From positions 372,001-436,000 of the forward strand of contig JAWMAR010000283.1 of assembly GCA_036785375.1 (NCBI GenBank): a stretch of 64,000 bases of DNA, in the 5' to 3' direction. The notes under the pieces were generated by a model that had not been told where the DNA came from, did no database searches, and was given only the letters and a program-made list of their open reading frames with translations. Made by a program: the position numbers and the translations under genes. How positions within the stretch are numbered: the stretch's first letter is position 1; each line of letters starts with the position of its first letter. This document shows positions 26,301 to 40,100 of this stretch, one piece after another. Source of the DNA: Leucoraja ocellata (taxonomy: Eukaryota).

Positions 26301-27027
26301 AGAACCCAAAGTCAAAAGCTTCCCTTGAGGGGACCACCACACAGTATGCCAGTGCATTATGTGGATATACATTGCAATGTTAAACAGAGGTTTTATCAGG
26401 ATAATAGGCAACGCATACTTGCTCACATTGTTCAGCATGGCTTTATGCTCATTTCAAACATTAATGTGGCCATATTTTGTCACTTGCATTATGTTTGCCC
26501 TCCCTATAAACTGCTATATTGTTGAACAGTATGTGCAAACTGCACTTTAAAAAAAATGTATATTGGTCTGGTTAATTAAACAGTAGTTTTGGAAGATATT
26601 TATAATGTCATGAAGCTCATTCTTATAAAATATACTAATTGAAATTAATAATGCTGTCATGAGAAGGACATTTTGTGTTTTATTAACAAATTCCAATTTG
26701 AAACGGATACCAAGTGAAATTTTGCACTTACATCCTTTTTTTGTCATTTATTTCCATCGTGGCTGATCGGTAATTCAACCCAATTTACCTCCCTTTGTTC
26801 AATATTTCTTACGTAATAAGAATCTCTTAGTTAGAGATTAGAAAGCTTTTCAAACAGCCTCAACAATTTTTTGAAGGGAAGAGTGCTCTCAGTCAGGTCT
26901 GACCAGAACTTTATAAAACTTTAAACAGTTTTTCCCTCAAGATATCATCAACCACAAAGTAACGGCATATCAGCTTTTTTAATTGGTTTTGTACCTGCTC
27001 ACTAGCTGTTAGTAGGGCCCCTATATT

Positions 27028-27335
27028 AGATTTTACTTTAGACTTGAGGTACAGCGCAGAAACAAGCCCTTCGGCTCACTGACACTGTGCCGACCAACAA
27101 TCACCCCCTACACTAGCACTATCCTACACGCTAAGAACAGTTTACAATTTTACTGAAGCCAATTAACCTACAAACCTGTACGTCTTTGGAATGCGGGAGG
27201 AAAGCAGAGTACCCGGAGAAAACCCATGCGGACAAGGGGAAAAGGTACAAATGCTGTACAGACAGTACCAATAGTCAGGATTGAACCCGTGTCTCTGGAG
27301 TTGTAAGGCAGCAGCTCTACCACTGTGCCGACCAT
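27028..27335 (-). mobile_element. V-SINE (HE1-like)
   Basis: Head, V-domain and tail as in the other copies. Confidence 0.82.
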
Positions 27336-30300
27336 GTAACAACCCTTAGCTTCTCAACATTCAAAGAATGCTGCACAATGAAGGATTATATTTTCACTAA
27401 ATCTAAGGGTCAATGTAAGGCTCAAGTCAATCTAGTCTCAAGTAATAGACATGCGTACCATGCAGGTTACCACCCAAAATATATGTGGCCCTTAAATGGA
27501 TGCCACAACCATTACAAATCCCAGATCTGTAAGACCACCTAGTAGGACCACAACCCATTCAGCAGTGACAGGCATCATTACCTTTACGAATATTTCCCAT
27601 GTACTGCCACTATAATCATGCATAGCTCAGCAATAGAATCTGATCCTGGAGTTCACATGATTAAAAAAAACATTCTAATTTTAAACAAAAGTTAGATGAT
27701 GGGACACAGAGTGCGAATGACCCAGGTCTATGACAGTTTTCCAATAGATAAGCAGACTAAAGATTTTTTTAAATGATAAAATAAACAAAAGTTAAAATTA
27801 ATTGGAGAGCTGAATTAGACGATCTTACAGTCAGTCCCCAAGGATACAACGTGAGGCAAGAGAATACAGAGATATAGTTTATTTCCTTCAGGATTGGCTT
27901 GAAGATACAAGAGCTATATTGTGATGTGCCATTTGAATAAGCACAAGCTCAATGAATGGCAAGCAGGAACCCCAGGGGTCAGAGAAGTTGCATTCTAATT
28001 GTGAGCATATTCCACTTTTGACAACGAGTTATCCTATGGAAAATAATGCAATTAGGGGGATATATTTGGCAGATTAAAATAAGTTTTCACATTCCTGGAT
28101 TTGCCTTTGGAGTTTTTGAAACTGTGGCAGATAATCATATCAATTCACGCAAACATTACATGCGAGCTACAACACTCAGGCTGCCCCAACGTCCAAATAA
28201 TAAAAATAATGGGTGCTCCAAGTGGTGAATAGCCAAATTATGATTTTTTTTGAAAAAAAAAATTGACAGGATCATTCTGCATGATAACATTGGACCCTAA
28301 TTATTTTATGAAACTAGAAAAATTCAACGACCCTCGAAAAAAAACGCAATCCTCCTGCACAGAATCTTGACATGGGGCCTTGTGAAAACTGCTAAACATA
28401 CCGTCAGAAGAGAATGAGATCTGCAACGTCCATAAAAAACAGAGTCTTACGCATATTTTTGTGCCACTTTATTTTCTTCTCAGAATAGGCAATAGTACAA
28501 AAATAACAGTCGCAGGAGAATTTCAGTTCCTCCCCCTTACAAGGAATAAGCAAGATGACTACAAAGCCATCCATAAAGCTCAGAAATGTGGAGGAATGTA
28601 ATTCACATATAAAATCAACAATTTCTTGGGAGTCTGCTGTTGTGAGAGCAGGAGACAAGAACATGACAATGAGAATTTTAGATGCTGCCTTCCTCATGTG
28701 GACATTCAAAAGCTCTTGTCCAATTTGGGTTTCATTCCCTTTCCAGGATAAAAAAACATAGCAAAAAGCTAATTGAAAATCTTTTATGATTATCAACTCA
28801 CAATTTCAATTAGTTGAAAATGCAAAAACATACAGAATGTTGAACTGCTCAGTACTTATCCGGGAAGAAGAAATGAGTAATGTATTCAGAACAAACAAAC
28901 AGAAGCAACACATTTCTATTTGTGTTTTATATATCTGAACAGAGACAGATTAGAATTGGTCGAAACAGACTTTTCTCATGAGTGCTCCAAACTAAAAGGA
29001 TATAAATATGAGACTGTCAGGGGTTTAGGACAGAGAGGACAAACTATTAAAAATAGTAAAGATTGATGCTGACCATGTCAGCACTGTGATTGAATGTTAA
29101 AATACGAAACACCTGATTTGTTGACATTTGGCAACTTCCTGAATGATGCAACCGTTGTACAAGATGGTACTAAATCAACGGCGCTTCAAGAAATTTTGCA
29201 CAAATATTTATAAAATCTCAGGTTAAATCTTCAGCTCCCCTATGGATCTAGACTTTGTTTCAAGCATCTACATTGCCAGAGTTCTAAGCCTACTTTTCCC
29301 GTTGCCTGATGTAGCACTCAATTTTATGAGAACAGTAAGTTTCCAGGTTCAGCATTTAGCACTCAAGACATGTTTCAGCAAAGAAAGGGAAAATCAAATT
29401 CTGATCACTCCCATAGTTCTTTGAGTTGAGGAAAGGAATCAACCAGCATGCATGACATTTTCAGAAAAGCACATTTCCCTGAATTACGTAGATAAAGAAA
29501 TAAAAGCAGTAGCATTTTGTAATGGATATTAATAAAAAAATTACCAGCAATTGGTGGCGGAGAGGTGCAGGGGAAGGCAATATTGGCATTGGCTCAGCCA
29601 GAGAGATCTTGCCATTGAGTCAGACTAAACTCATGGGACTTGTACAAGCAGTGCTGATTCAACAATTTACTATTCAGGGATTAAAATACTGTCAGAAGAG
29701 TCACATAACATAGAAATGTTAAGAAATATAAGACTTCATTCCGTTATTTGTAGGGGAGTAGTTAACTTCCCGCATACCTCAGTGTTCAGGTCAACAATGG
29801 CAGGACAATTCCAATAATCTACCATACCATCTTTTTTGGAAATCCTGATGGTTCACAGCATCTGGCTCCCTGTGTGCAGATTCCCATTCATCGTTTTGCA
29901 TGCCAGGGCCCTAGCTCCAGTACTTCCTTGAAATCCACTGTATCCTCCATTTCCTAAAAAGCACACCTGGTTCCTCTTTCCCCACATTCCCTTAATACAC
30001 ACTTGGTCAGTTTCACATGGTCCTTCGGAAATCACTGGGATCCTGTTTCTGCATTGTCTTGAAACTCACTGGGTTGCTTGATGCATTTTTACATTACAGT
30101 GTAACATCTGCAACACAACAAGTTAAAATGTGTTGTAGTATCAACTGGAAGAAAATAGTCTAATATCTGCTATATCGGTATCACATAACTCTGGTGGGTG
30201 CCAGAATACCAACACTACTAAAACGGGTTATAAATGCAGAAATTGCTGACAATGCAGAGCAAGGCAGACAGTACCTATACAGTGAATGTTTTGTTTGGAC

Positions 30301-30939
30301 CTTTCATCGCATTTAGTTGTTTTTCATTTCTGCATATTGCATTTCTATTTTAGATTTCAGCATTTTGTTTTCGCACTGAAAGAAATCTGGTCATCTCTTT
30401 CATTGATCCGTGTGCAATTTTGCAACTTGTGGACTGGCAACTTTTTCTCCATTTTAACACAATTTTCCATTTGGGTGTAGAGATGGTATTATCTCTATCT
30501 TAAGCAGGCATAAAAACTATTGTTTGAGACACCATAGCTCCGTTGCACATTTGCTAAATTATGGGTAATGTACATGGAACCTGCTAAGTTTTCTTAGGGC
30601 ATATTGTAATCTATATATCATAAATGGACATCTGTGTAGTTCAGTACAATAATGATTAATTCCAGCTTTAACTAGTTTGTAGTTGGTGTAACATGGCACA
30701 ACAAGGTTAATAATGTTCTTCCATGTCTTGCACCTTGCTCTGCTTGGGAGTCAGCATCTTCTTTCTCTGCAACCGGAGCATCGCAATCCAATTGTTCATC
30801 ATCACAAACACACAAATTGGGGATCTTATTCACAAAACTCACAATGATAGCTACTGCAGGAAATTGTAATTTCTTTTAGAAATGGCTACATCAAGCTTGA
30901 AAAATATTCAATTAGGAATTTAATCTTATTAGTTTATTT

Positions 30940-32310
30940 TAATTTAGAGATGCAGTGAAAATTGGCCCTTCAGCCCACGCCAACCAGTGATCACCCCTAT
31001 ACTAGATCTACCCTACACACCAGGCACAATTTACAGAGGCTAATTAACCTACAAACATGCACATCTTTGGAATGCGGAAGGAAATTTCAGGCTCGATCAC
31101 GCTGAGCACCGGCTCCCCTCAAGGCTGTGTGCTCAGCCCGCTGTTGTTCACATTGCTCGCACATGACTGTGCTGCCAGATTCAGGGACGATAAGATCATA
31201 AAATTCGCGGATGACACAACAGTGGTGGGACTCATCAGCGGAGATGACGAATCAATGTACAGGGAGGAAGTAAAACAACTAGTGGACTAGTGCGGCAAAA
31301 ATAATCTAGAATTAAATGTCGACAAAACGAAGGAGATGGTTGCCGACTTCAGGAGGGCGCAGCCAAAGCATACATCCCTCAACATCAGTGGCACTGCAGT
31401 GGAGAGAGTGGAGAGCATAAAGTTCCTCGGTGTGCAAATTACAGACAGCCTCACCTGGTCCAGGAACACCACTGGGACCGTCAAACGGGCCCATCAGCGA
31501 CTGCACTTCCTGAGGAAACTAAAACAGGCCTCACTCCCCACCAACATCCTCAGGACTTCTGTACTCACGTACTGCATAAATACGTGGTACTCCACCTGCA
31601 ACTGCTCGGACAGGAAGGCTCTGCAGAGGGTAGTGAGGGGAGCAGAGAGGATCATTGGCGTCTCCCTACCCTCGGTACAAGAACTGTTCCAGAGCCGCTG
31701 TCTGAAAAAAGCTCAGAGAATTGTTAAGGACAAACTGCACCCCCTCCACATACACCTGGATCTCCTGCCATTAGGCAAGAGATATCGAAGCATCAACGCC
31801 CGGACTACAAGACTGCTAAACAGCTTCCTACCACAGGCTGTGAGGCTGCTAAACAGTCACTCTGTACTTACAGTCACTTGATTCTGCAGCTGGCACGGAC
31901 ACTTTAATAACTGGCACTGGCCACTCAAATCAGCTGCCCCGGACATTTTTATGATTGGTTTATTGTATTTTAACGTTGTGTTTTACCTGCTTTTAACTAT
32001 TTATTTATACTGTTCCATCAGGGACTGGATTGTTTTTAGTGTTATTATGTGTGAAACGCTTTAAATTTCATGTGCGATGCTCCGCTATTCCCTGGGAAAC
32101 GTCTTTTCATGTTGCACTGTACAACTGTTGCTTGCAAGATGACAATAAATGTTGATTGATTGATTGATTGATTGATTGCAATCAGAGCTCCCGGAGGAAA
32201 TCCACGTGGTCACAGGGAGAACGTGCAAACTCCATACAGACAAGACCCGTGGTCAGGAACGACCCTGGGTCTCTGGCGCTGTAAGGCAGCAACTCTCCCA
32301 CTGTGCCCCC
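30940..32310 (-). mobile_element. V-SINE split by a Rex1 insertion
   Basis: Tail half at 30940-31085 and head half at 32179-32310 rejoin within the V-domain. Confidence 0.8.
31086..32178 (+). mobile_element. Rex1/Babar LINE, 5'-truncated and relatively young
   Basis: RT motifs STGSPQGCVLSPLLF and KFADDTTVVGLI, one in-frame stop at 31288-31290, then KRAHQRLHFLRKLK; 3' end AATAAA + (GATT)n tail. Confidence 0.9.
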
Positions 32311-32721
32311 CTTCATTAGTAGAATTATTAGTGGAATTTTGAAAAAAGACACGGTTATACGGTAGCTTTCACATCTCTTTCAACAAAGAGCTTTACAGCT
32401 AACAAATGATTGAATGAAGATTGCTTTTGATGAAATATAGCCAGTAAGATACAAATATCAAGTTAAATTGTAAAATGGCACTATGAAACTGTTCAGGTAA
32501 GAATTTAATGAACCCTACAAACAGACAGAGATAGAAGCCAAGAAAACGTTCACAATTAGGAACAGAATTCAGATGCCATACTCCCAAATGTTCAGTACCA
32601 AAACAATCTTAGGAGGCAAAAACAAGGAACTGCAGATGCTGGCTTACAAAACAAAAGATGCAAAGAGCTGCAGTAACAGTAGGTTAGTCAGCATCACTGG
32701 AGAACAATTTTAGGAATCTTA

Positions 32722-33470
32722 GGTGGCCGATTAGAAAAAGGGGAGATGCAACGAGACCTGGGTGTCATGGTACACCAGTCATTGAAAGTAGGCATGCATG
32801 TGCAGCAGGCAGTGAAGAAAGCGAATGGTATGTTAGCATTCATAGCAAAAGGATTTGATTATAGGAGCAGGGAGGTTCTACTGCAGTTGTACAAGGTCTT
32901 GGTGAGACCACACCTGGAGTATTGCGAACAGTTTTGGTCACCTAATCTGAGGAAGGACATTCTTGCCATAGAGGGAGTACAGATAAGGTTCACCAGACTG
33001 ATTCCTGGGATGTCAGGACTTTCATATGAAGAAAGACTGGATAGACTTGGCTTGTACTCGCTAGAATTTAGAAGATTGAGGGGGGATCTTATAGAAACTT
33101 ACAAAATTCTTAAGGGGTTGGACAGGCTAGAGGCAGGAAGATTGTTCCCGATGTTGGGAAAGTCCAGAACAAGGGGTCACAGTTTAAGGATAAAGGGGAA
33201 ATCTTTTAGGACTGAGATGAGAAAAACATTTTTTACACAGAGTGGTGAATCTCTGGAATTCTCTGCCACACAATGTAGTTGAGGCCAGTTCATTGGCTAT
33301 ATTTCAGAGGGAGTTAGATGTGGCCCTTGTGGCTAAAGGGATCAGGGGGTATGGAGAGAAGGCAGGTACAGGAAACTGAGTTGGATGATCAGCCATGATC
33401 ATATTGAATGGCGGTGCAGGCTTGAAGGGCCGAATGGCCTATTCCTGCACCTATTTTCTATGTTTCTATG
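32722..33470 (+). mobile_element. Young CR1 LINE, 5'-truncated
   Basis: ORF 32746-33282 (RDLGV...AVKKANGMLAFI...LVRPHLEYC) with a frameshift near 33240 and an intact tail; very similar to 7363-7953; gaatct on both flanks (possible TSD). Confidence 0.92.
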
Positions 33471-36400
33471 AATCTGTATATATACAGTTATCAATTATCA
33501 AGTTATCGTTTACCTTGCACTGTTCACATTTATTATATTAGTTGAAAAATAATCTGATTTTTTAAATAATGAGAAAATTATATTTTAAATAGACAAAATA
33601 TTACATTTAAGGTAAAGGTATCTTGTATTGTAAAGATGGAACTTTTCAAATATAAGGAAAATAGTATTTACTGAAATTATGATAGAACAAAGGTAATCAT
33701 GCCAACATTTTAAATCACAACAATGCAGCATTGGATTGAATAGATTAAAGTGTTAATGTACTTTATTTTACAAAAAAAATAACAGAAATAGGAAATATTT
33801 TTAGAGCACTAGAGCAAATCTGATGTAAACCAAATCTTTTTGAAAAAAATGACTTTCTTTACGTTGTAATAATAGTGATTATTGCTCAGAGTGATTCCAG
33901 TCACCATTCGAATTGTGGCCAAAGCAGCTTACAGCCGGTTCACTTTTCCACTATCGGATTCTTCTTCTGGTTTAAATTATGTGTCACAAAAATAAAAACA
34001 TTTTTCAATAATATCATCCCTCTATCATCCTTCCCCACATAAAATAGACTAACTACAGAGTGGTTTTAGGCTGCAATGCTTCTGCAGCCACTAACCACTC
34101 ATCTCTAATGTTCAATACAAACAAACACCCATCATCATGGGCAGAGGTAATTTGTAAAATTACCTGGTGCTGGAAGACAAGGCTGCAGGACTGGTCTGGG
34201 CTAGCCTGCTGCTGGCATTAGGGGGTTTCCTCTACTCCGATTAGAAGAACCAACAGCTTCAGCTATCATTATTGATCCATTAGAGGATGGCAGTAGGTCT
34301 TCAATACACACTTTGCCATTTCCTTTTTTTGAGATAGGTCAAAACATCACTAGCCAGTCTAATTCCTTTCAAATCTGGCTTCAATTTATTTTGAAATCTT
34401 TTCCAACCTTTAGTTTAATCAACACCAGTGCTTATGCAGCACTCAACAAATAGCAGTAAATATGGAATGTAACTTCAGAAAGAGTTGAACATGGAGTAAC
34501 GCAGGTCAAGTATTAGACTCTTTTTAGTTGATAAATGCTTTGCTAATCCAATCAGTGGCTGAGAAAACTACAAGCCAGCAGCCAACTGACCTGACCTAAG
34601 CTATACAAGATTTCACATGGGCAGGATTTAGAAAGCTGTTTACCCTAAGCATTGACCTAGCTAAGACCTTGTTCGTGCCAGGCTGGCATTCTGGTAAACT
34701 AGAATGAAAATTCTTGGCTCAAATCAGTAACACGTGCTTTTAACTAATTCAAACCATAATTTAGAAATGAGGGGCACTGCACAGATCAGTTATTCAGCAA
34801 TGCTCCAGGATATTATTATAACAAAATGGGGGAAGATGTTAGCCAGATATTATCAGCAGTTGTGGATGTATTTCACGTGTGCAGTTAACATTTTAGCTGC
34901 TGCTAAATAAATGTAATTTCAATGTATTTTTAGGAATTTGTTGTGGAAACAAATGTTCAATTACCCATTTCATGGCTGATTGAGCCCTTTTAGAAAAAGA
35001 TGGTGTAGGTCTTTTAAAGGCACATGTCATTTATTAGAACTGGGAGATATACAGTATCTGGAAAATTAAATCAGAAGTAAATTAGTAAGTTAAATGTTAC
35101 AACTTAAACGCTTTAAAATTATATAAAAATGGAAATGTCAAGAAGGTCATCAAAAATTATTACAGGGTATTTTATTTTGCGCAAAGAAAATTTTTTAGTG
35201 TCAGATACAAAATTATTTCTACACATTGGTTAAAAGAAACAAGAACAAAACTAGTTGATTCAGACGGTATTGCTTTGTGGGAAAGTTACACATCTTGTGT
35301 CCTGTTTCTGAAGCAGTACTTAATCTGAAATACCTATTAGACACCACAGTCACAATTTTTTTGTTGGTTAATTGCAAGTATGATACAATAAAACCATCGA
35401 CATGTTCAAGTCAGCTTTGATGATAACACTTAATACGACTCACTATATTGCATGTAAAGTCACACTACTGGGAGGCAATAATTAACTATTTAGACACAGA
35501 GTTATTATTTATAAAAGAGTAATTGAAATAGCAGAACACACAGAACACTATAAGCGTGTATATACTTTCTATTTGACAACATTCTTTCTAATTTTGCACT
35601 ACAAACCAGCGGTTAGATTTGTATAAAAGTCTTTAGTTTATTACAATGCCCCAAGGCTCTTAAACCGTATGTTATAAAATTACAAAATAAAACAATGTTG
35701 GAACAGCATTTTAGCAATGGTGTTAAATGCAAGATCATGAATTAAACTTTATTTCAGATATTGAATCACCTGCTTGTTTTAACCCAGACTTAAATTATAA
35801 ATAGTTTCCTCCATATCAAATAGAAAATATATTTAAAGAGATTCTAGAGAATGAATCAAACTTAAAAGTCTATAATTGACATCTGAATTAACAAGCTATT
35901 TTTATTTCTCCATTTACTCATTTTGGTTTTTGCTTTGCTCTAACTCCTGGGTATTCAGTGCTTTTAATAATTATTCAGGGAAATCTTTGAATGTGCTGCA
36001 AATGTTTTGATTTTATTGAAAGTTTTAGGTCAATTTCTTTCCACATGGGTTGGTTTCATTAGCCAGGTTTCCATGTTGTTATATCATGAGATTCCCAATT
36101 CAGTTTTAAAGACGGCAGCAAGCGCACATACAAATAATTTGCAATTGGAAAGTGTAAATTTTATGGTTAGCTTATAACATGAAATAAAGTGTCAATGTAT
36201 TGTTGCCTGTGACCAGTAGTTTACATAATTATATACTTCCCGCATTTGTTCATTTTATACAGTTAAGTAAGTATACAGTGAAATATAAGCAAAGGTTCCT
36301 AATTAAAGTACAAATAAAATACCTTTAACACTCAGAAATGGTGTAATTACCATGAATCATTCTTTTCTATTAAACCAGTGTCTTCTGACAATATTCCTAA

Positions 36401-36689
36401 ACCATTATATCAAGTAATTTATTACATAAATTTGTCTGAATAATGCTTTAAAGTTACACATCGCTTCTTCTGGCTCTTTGCAACCTTAGCCATTACCCCT
36501 GCTGTGTATAACTGTGCATGAGTGCAAGATCACAGTGCCTGGTCAGGGGTGAAGTATGGCACCAAAGTAGAAGCTTTGGAAGTGGGGCAGTCATTATGAT
36601 GTAACTGACCTATATGAAACTGCTACCACAGTTCAGATATATTGTCAGGTTCCAGCCTCTAGCTGTTGTCTGATGGCCCTAAATACTTG

Positions 36690-37100
36690 ACAAACTGAAG
36701 GCCTTTCACTTTCCGTTCAAATTGCCTCATCTCCCTGTCAGAGCGCCATGGGGGACTCCATTAGTTTTCCAACTCCTTTCCCCCCACTGACAGTCATTTA
36801 GTTGGTTTCTTGTTGTGAAGGCTGTCCATGTCAAATTATCCAGGCCCCTATTGTCCTTATTACCACTAGAGAAGCCATCATGAGTAATGCTATGGGTCCC
36901 TCAGTTGTCACCATTTGTCAGAGGGGAAAGGAGTGTGGTTACATACAGCTGACAGGTAATTTCAATGTCTAAAATTACCCCAATTACTCTTGTCATAAAC
37001 AATTCGATAAATACATGCCAATAAAAACAGATAAATACACCAAGGTCTTTTTATATTAATGACTACAGTAATGATTAAATCATTGATATGATGCTCCTTC
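36690..37100. promoter_or_regulatory. Putative enhancer/CNE with a dense TALE (Meis/Pbx) motif cluster
   Basis: Seven TGACA cores within 36735-36995 (three are full TGACAG), palindrome AATGATT-A-AATCATT at 37070-37084, non-repetitive context within the CDIN1 intron. Confidence 0.5.
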
Positions 37101-40100
37101 TCCTCTAACTATGCTCAGCTGTGCACTGGCAGTTGGTACCTGGTCAGCACAAATTGTGCCTTCTACTTTCATTATCCCATCAGTGAAAGAGAATTTGAAA
37201 GGCCGTGACAAAATTAATTTAAAGGAAGAAAAATTGGAGTGCCTAAAGCAGGTGTTAAAATAAAGATTTTCATTTGCTAGTTCAGTACTATGCGGAGATA
37301 AAAAGAAACTATGACTGCTGCTGGTGAATTTCACAGATGTCAGAAAGATAAGGCCTCTCCACTTGTGTTTCTTTGTTGTGTTCAAATGCAAGGGAAGGAA
37401 AAAAGCGAACACTTTAACAATACTGACTGCAAAACAGCCATTAATGCATTGTATTTTTTTCGATTAGGCCACATAAACAATTGTTATAATTACATCAATA
37501 CATATTCTTCGCATTATACAACAAATATAATCGGAATTAAATTTGTAAGTTGGAATTTATTATTTTAAAAAGCCTTCTCCATTTACTGCTATTTGACTTT
37601 TTGTCATGATCGCCAGCACCAATTGCATCCTGTCTCTTTGCTGACCATAGTATGAAGTGATGGCTGAAAAACCTATCTGAGGGAAGTTGTTACAGGAAAT
37701 TGCTCATGGCAACTATTTGTTCAAGAACCAGAATTATTATTTTTTTTAAACTAACACTGGGAACAGAATGGAAAACAGGACAGGTTTCTTTAATGAGTAA
37801 TCTATTTTGGTGCATTCCAGTCTGGACGTGACAGTTAACCGAGAGCCCTGAAAAACTTGTAATTACCAGTGTTACAGGGCAATTAATGCATATTACACTG
37901 CACCACTCATGGCAGCAACTGTCATTTTCTCAATAAAAATGAATAGTCTTCAGCTAAAGGTGACATTAATTGGTCCTTTAATGAGTATGCAGCAAAGCCA
38001 AAGCCAAATATGAACAAAACAGCAATTCAATGAGGAACTTCTGGCACTTGGAAATTGCAATAAATGAGACTAATTGCTGTTTAGAAAAAAACTTTAAAAA
38101 GCTATTAAATGTAAGATTTGAATGCTGAAATCTAAAGAGATGGCTATGATGTTAATCTCGGGTTCTCCAAGCACACAAAAAAATATTCAGTGAATTCCAA
38201 GCTTCTGACAGCAGGAGATGTTTCACAAATCATGTATGCACACCATATCCATCAAAAGCTATATTTCTGCTTTTATCAGTTTTCAGAATACTTTGGCAAT
38301 TGCAGAAGTCATTGTTCAGTTTCTGGGCTGTCATCTATGTAAATGTGAATACTGTCAATATTTCAGCAAAAAAGGTTTGCTTCAAAAGGGGTAATAAAGT
38401 ACTAATATAGATCATAGTGAACTGCATTAGCATTGTAGAAGCCACAGAGTAATGTAAAGGCACAGTAAAGCTCAAATACCCAACAGTGGTCTGCCAATGG
38501 ATAGTTAAGAAAAGTTATTAGTTACAGCTCATTTGATGAAGTTATCCAAAATAAAAATTAAATATCTGAAAGAAATCTTCATTAATCTCAAAGAGGGATG
38601 TGTTGTGCATGCATCACAAATATTCATAGACATTAAAGATGCACCCAGTCAAACTACTGTTGCAACAATACCAATCATTTTTGTGATTTCACAGGAAAGA
38701 TTTTATACAGGCTTTCCTCTCCACTTCATTTTCATTTCTATTACCTAAATAATCCAAATGCTTTGCTCTGCTCTGTAAATCAAAATTCAAGGTTTTACAG
38801 GGTATTTATAATTATAACGTATAATGATAACATTAAGACATGATCAGCCAGTGTGATTATTAAACATCAGCTTTTAAACAATAAATATAGCTAAGAAATT
38901 ATTTATGTACCCTTATTTAATTTTATTGTTTTCATTTGCAAATGTATTGGTGTAGTTACCCCATTTTTGACACCAAACATATTGTGTTTTCAATATTTCA
39001 GTATACATCCATGATAAATGTGACCCACAAGCTTGTCAGAACAAGAGCTAGCAGACAAAATGAAATCTAACTTTTGATTTGATATCATAAGCAATATTTT
39101 GGCCATATTTGATGATTATTTTTTAGCATTTTGGGCTGATAAATCTTGTTAGCAGCCCATGAGCACATGGTCACCTCAAAAACTTGTTCACTTTTAAAAA
39201 GTAAGGGCATAAGCCATGGGTTTCATTGAGATTTTATTGCATGAAAGAAATAATGATGCAAAGGCAAATCGTCTGACAAGAGAACTGTTAACACTCGTCC
39301 AGCTGCAACCGTCTAGAGGCAAATGTAGAAACATACGCAGGTAATACAACAAAAGTAACGGTGCTTTTAAAATAAATCTCCTGCCTAATTAGGGTCCAAC
39401 TGGGCCTTTGCCAACATGTCATATCTTTCATCTGGAGGGCGAGGTTAGGTGCATACTTCTAGATGGCATGTACCATGTTGCTGCTGCATGTTGACCACAG
39501 GTCATGCTTTGTTAGTGGTCAGGCAGTCGACATGAGAGGTCCTTATCCCAAGTTTCTGCTTCACTACCTCTATCTATAAACACTTAACAGACCTGGTCAC
39601 TAATCTGATCAAAAACTGTTTTTCACAGAGCCTTTTGGATTTTCTGTGCTAGAATGCAGTATTCATGTAACAAACTGTACAATATGTAGTAAGCATACAA
39701 GTATGAGAATGTATTCCATCTTGTAAATTCACTGGTCTTCTTGATAGGTGATAAAAACCTTTCAGACATGTGGCTGTCTGATTCTGCTGGGAATGCAAAC
39801 TTAAATAGGATTGTGAACAAAGTATTAAGCATCTGGATAGATGTGTATCAAAGTATACACAAGGATATTTACCAGACCAAATCTAAATCTACTATAGAAT
39901 GTCCAAAAAAAGTAAAATTATATGAATACATTTTAAAACAGGTAACAGAACCTTTAAATTTAACTTAAAGAAAATCATATGTAGATCTCAGGCACAGTGA
40001 TTTTATATCCTCTTGTCAAATCTCTGCAGTTTTATTTGTAGTGATACATGAATGAGAAGGTTGAAGGTTAAAGTTGATATTCGGGCCAACAGGAAAGCAG

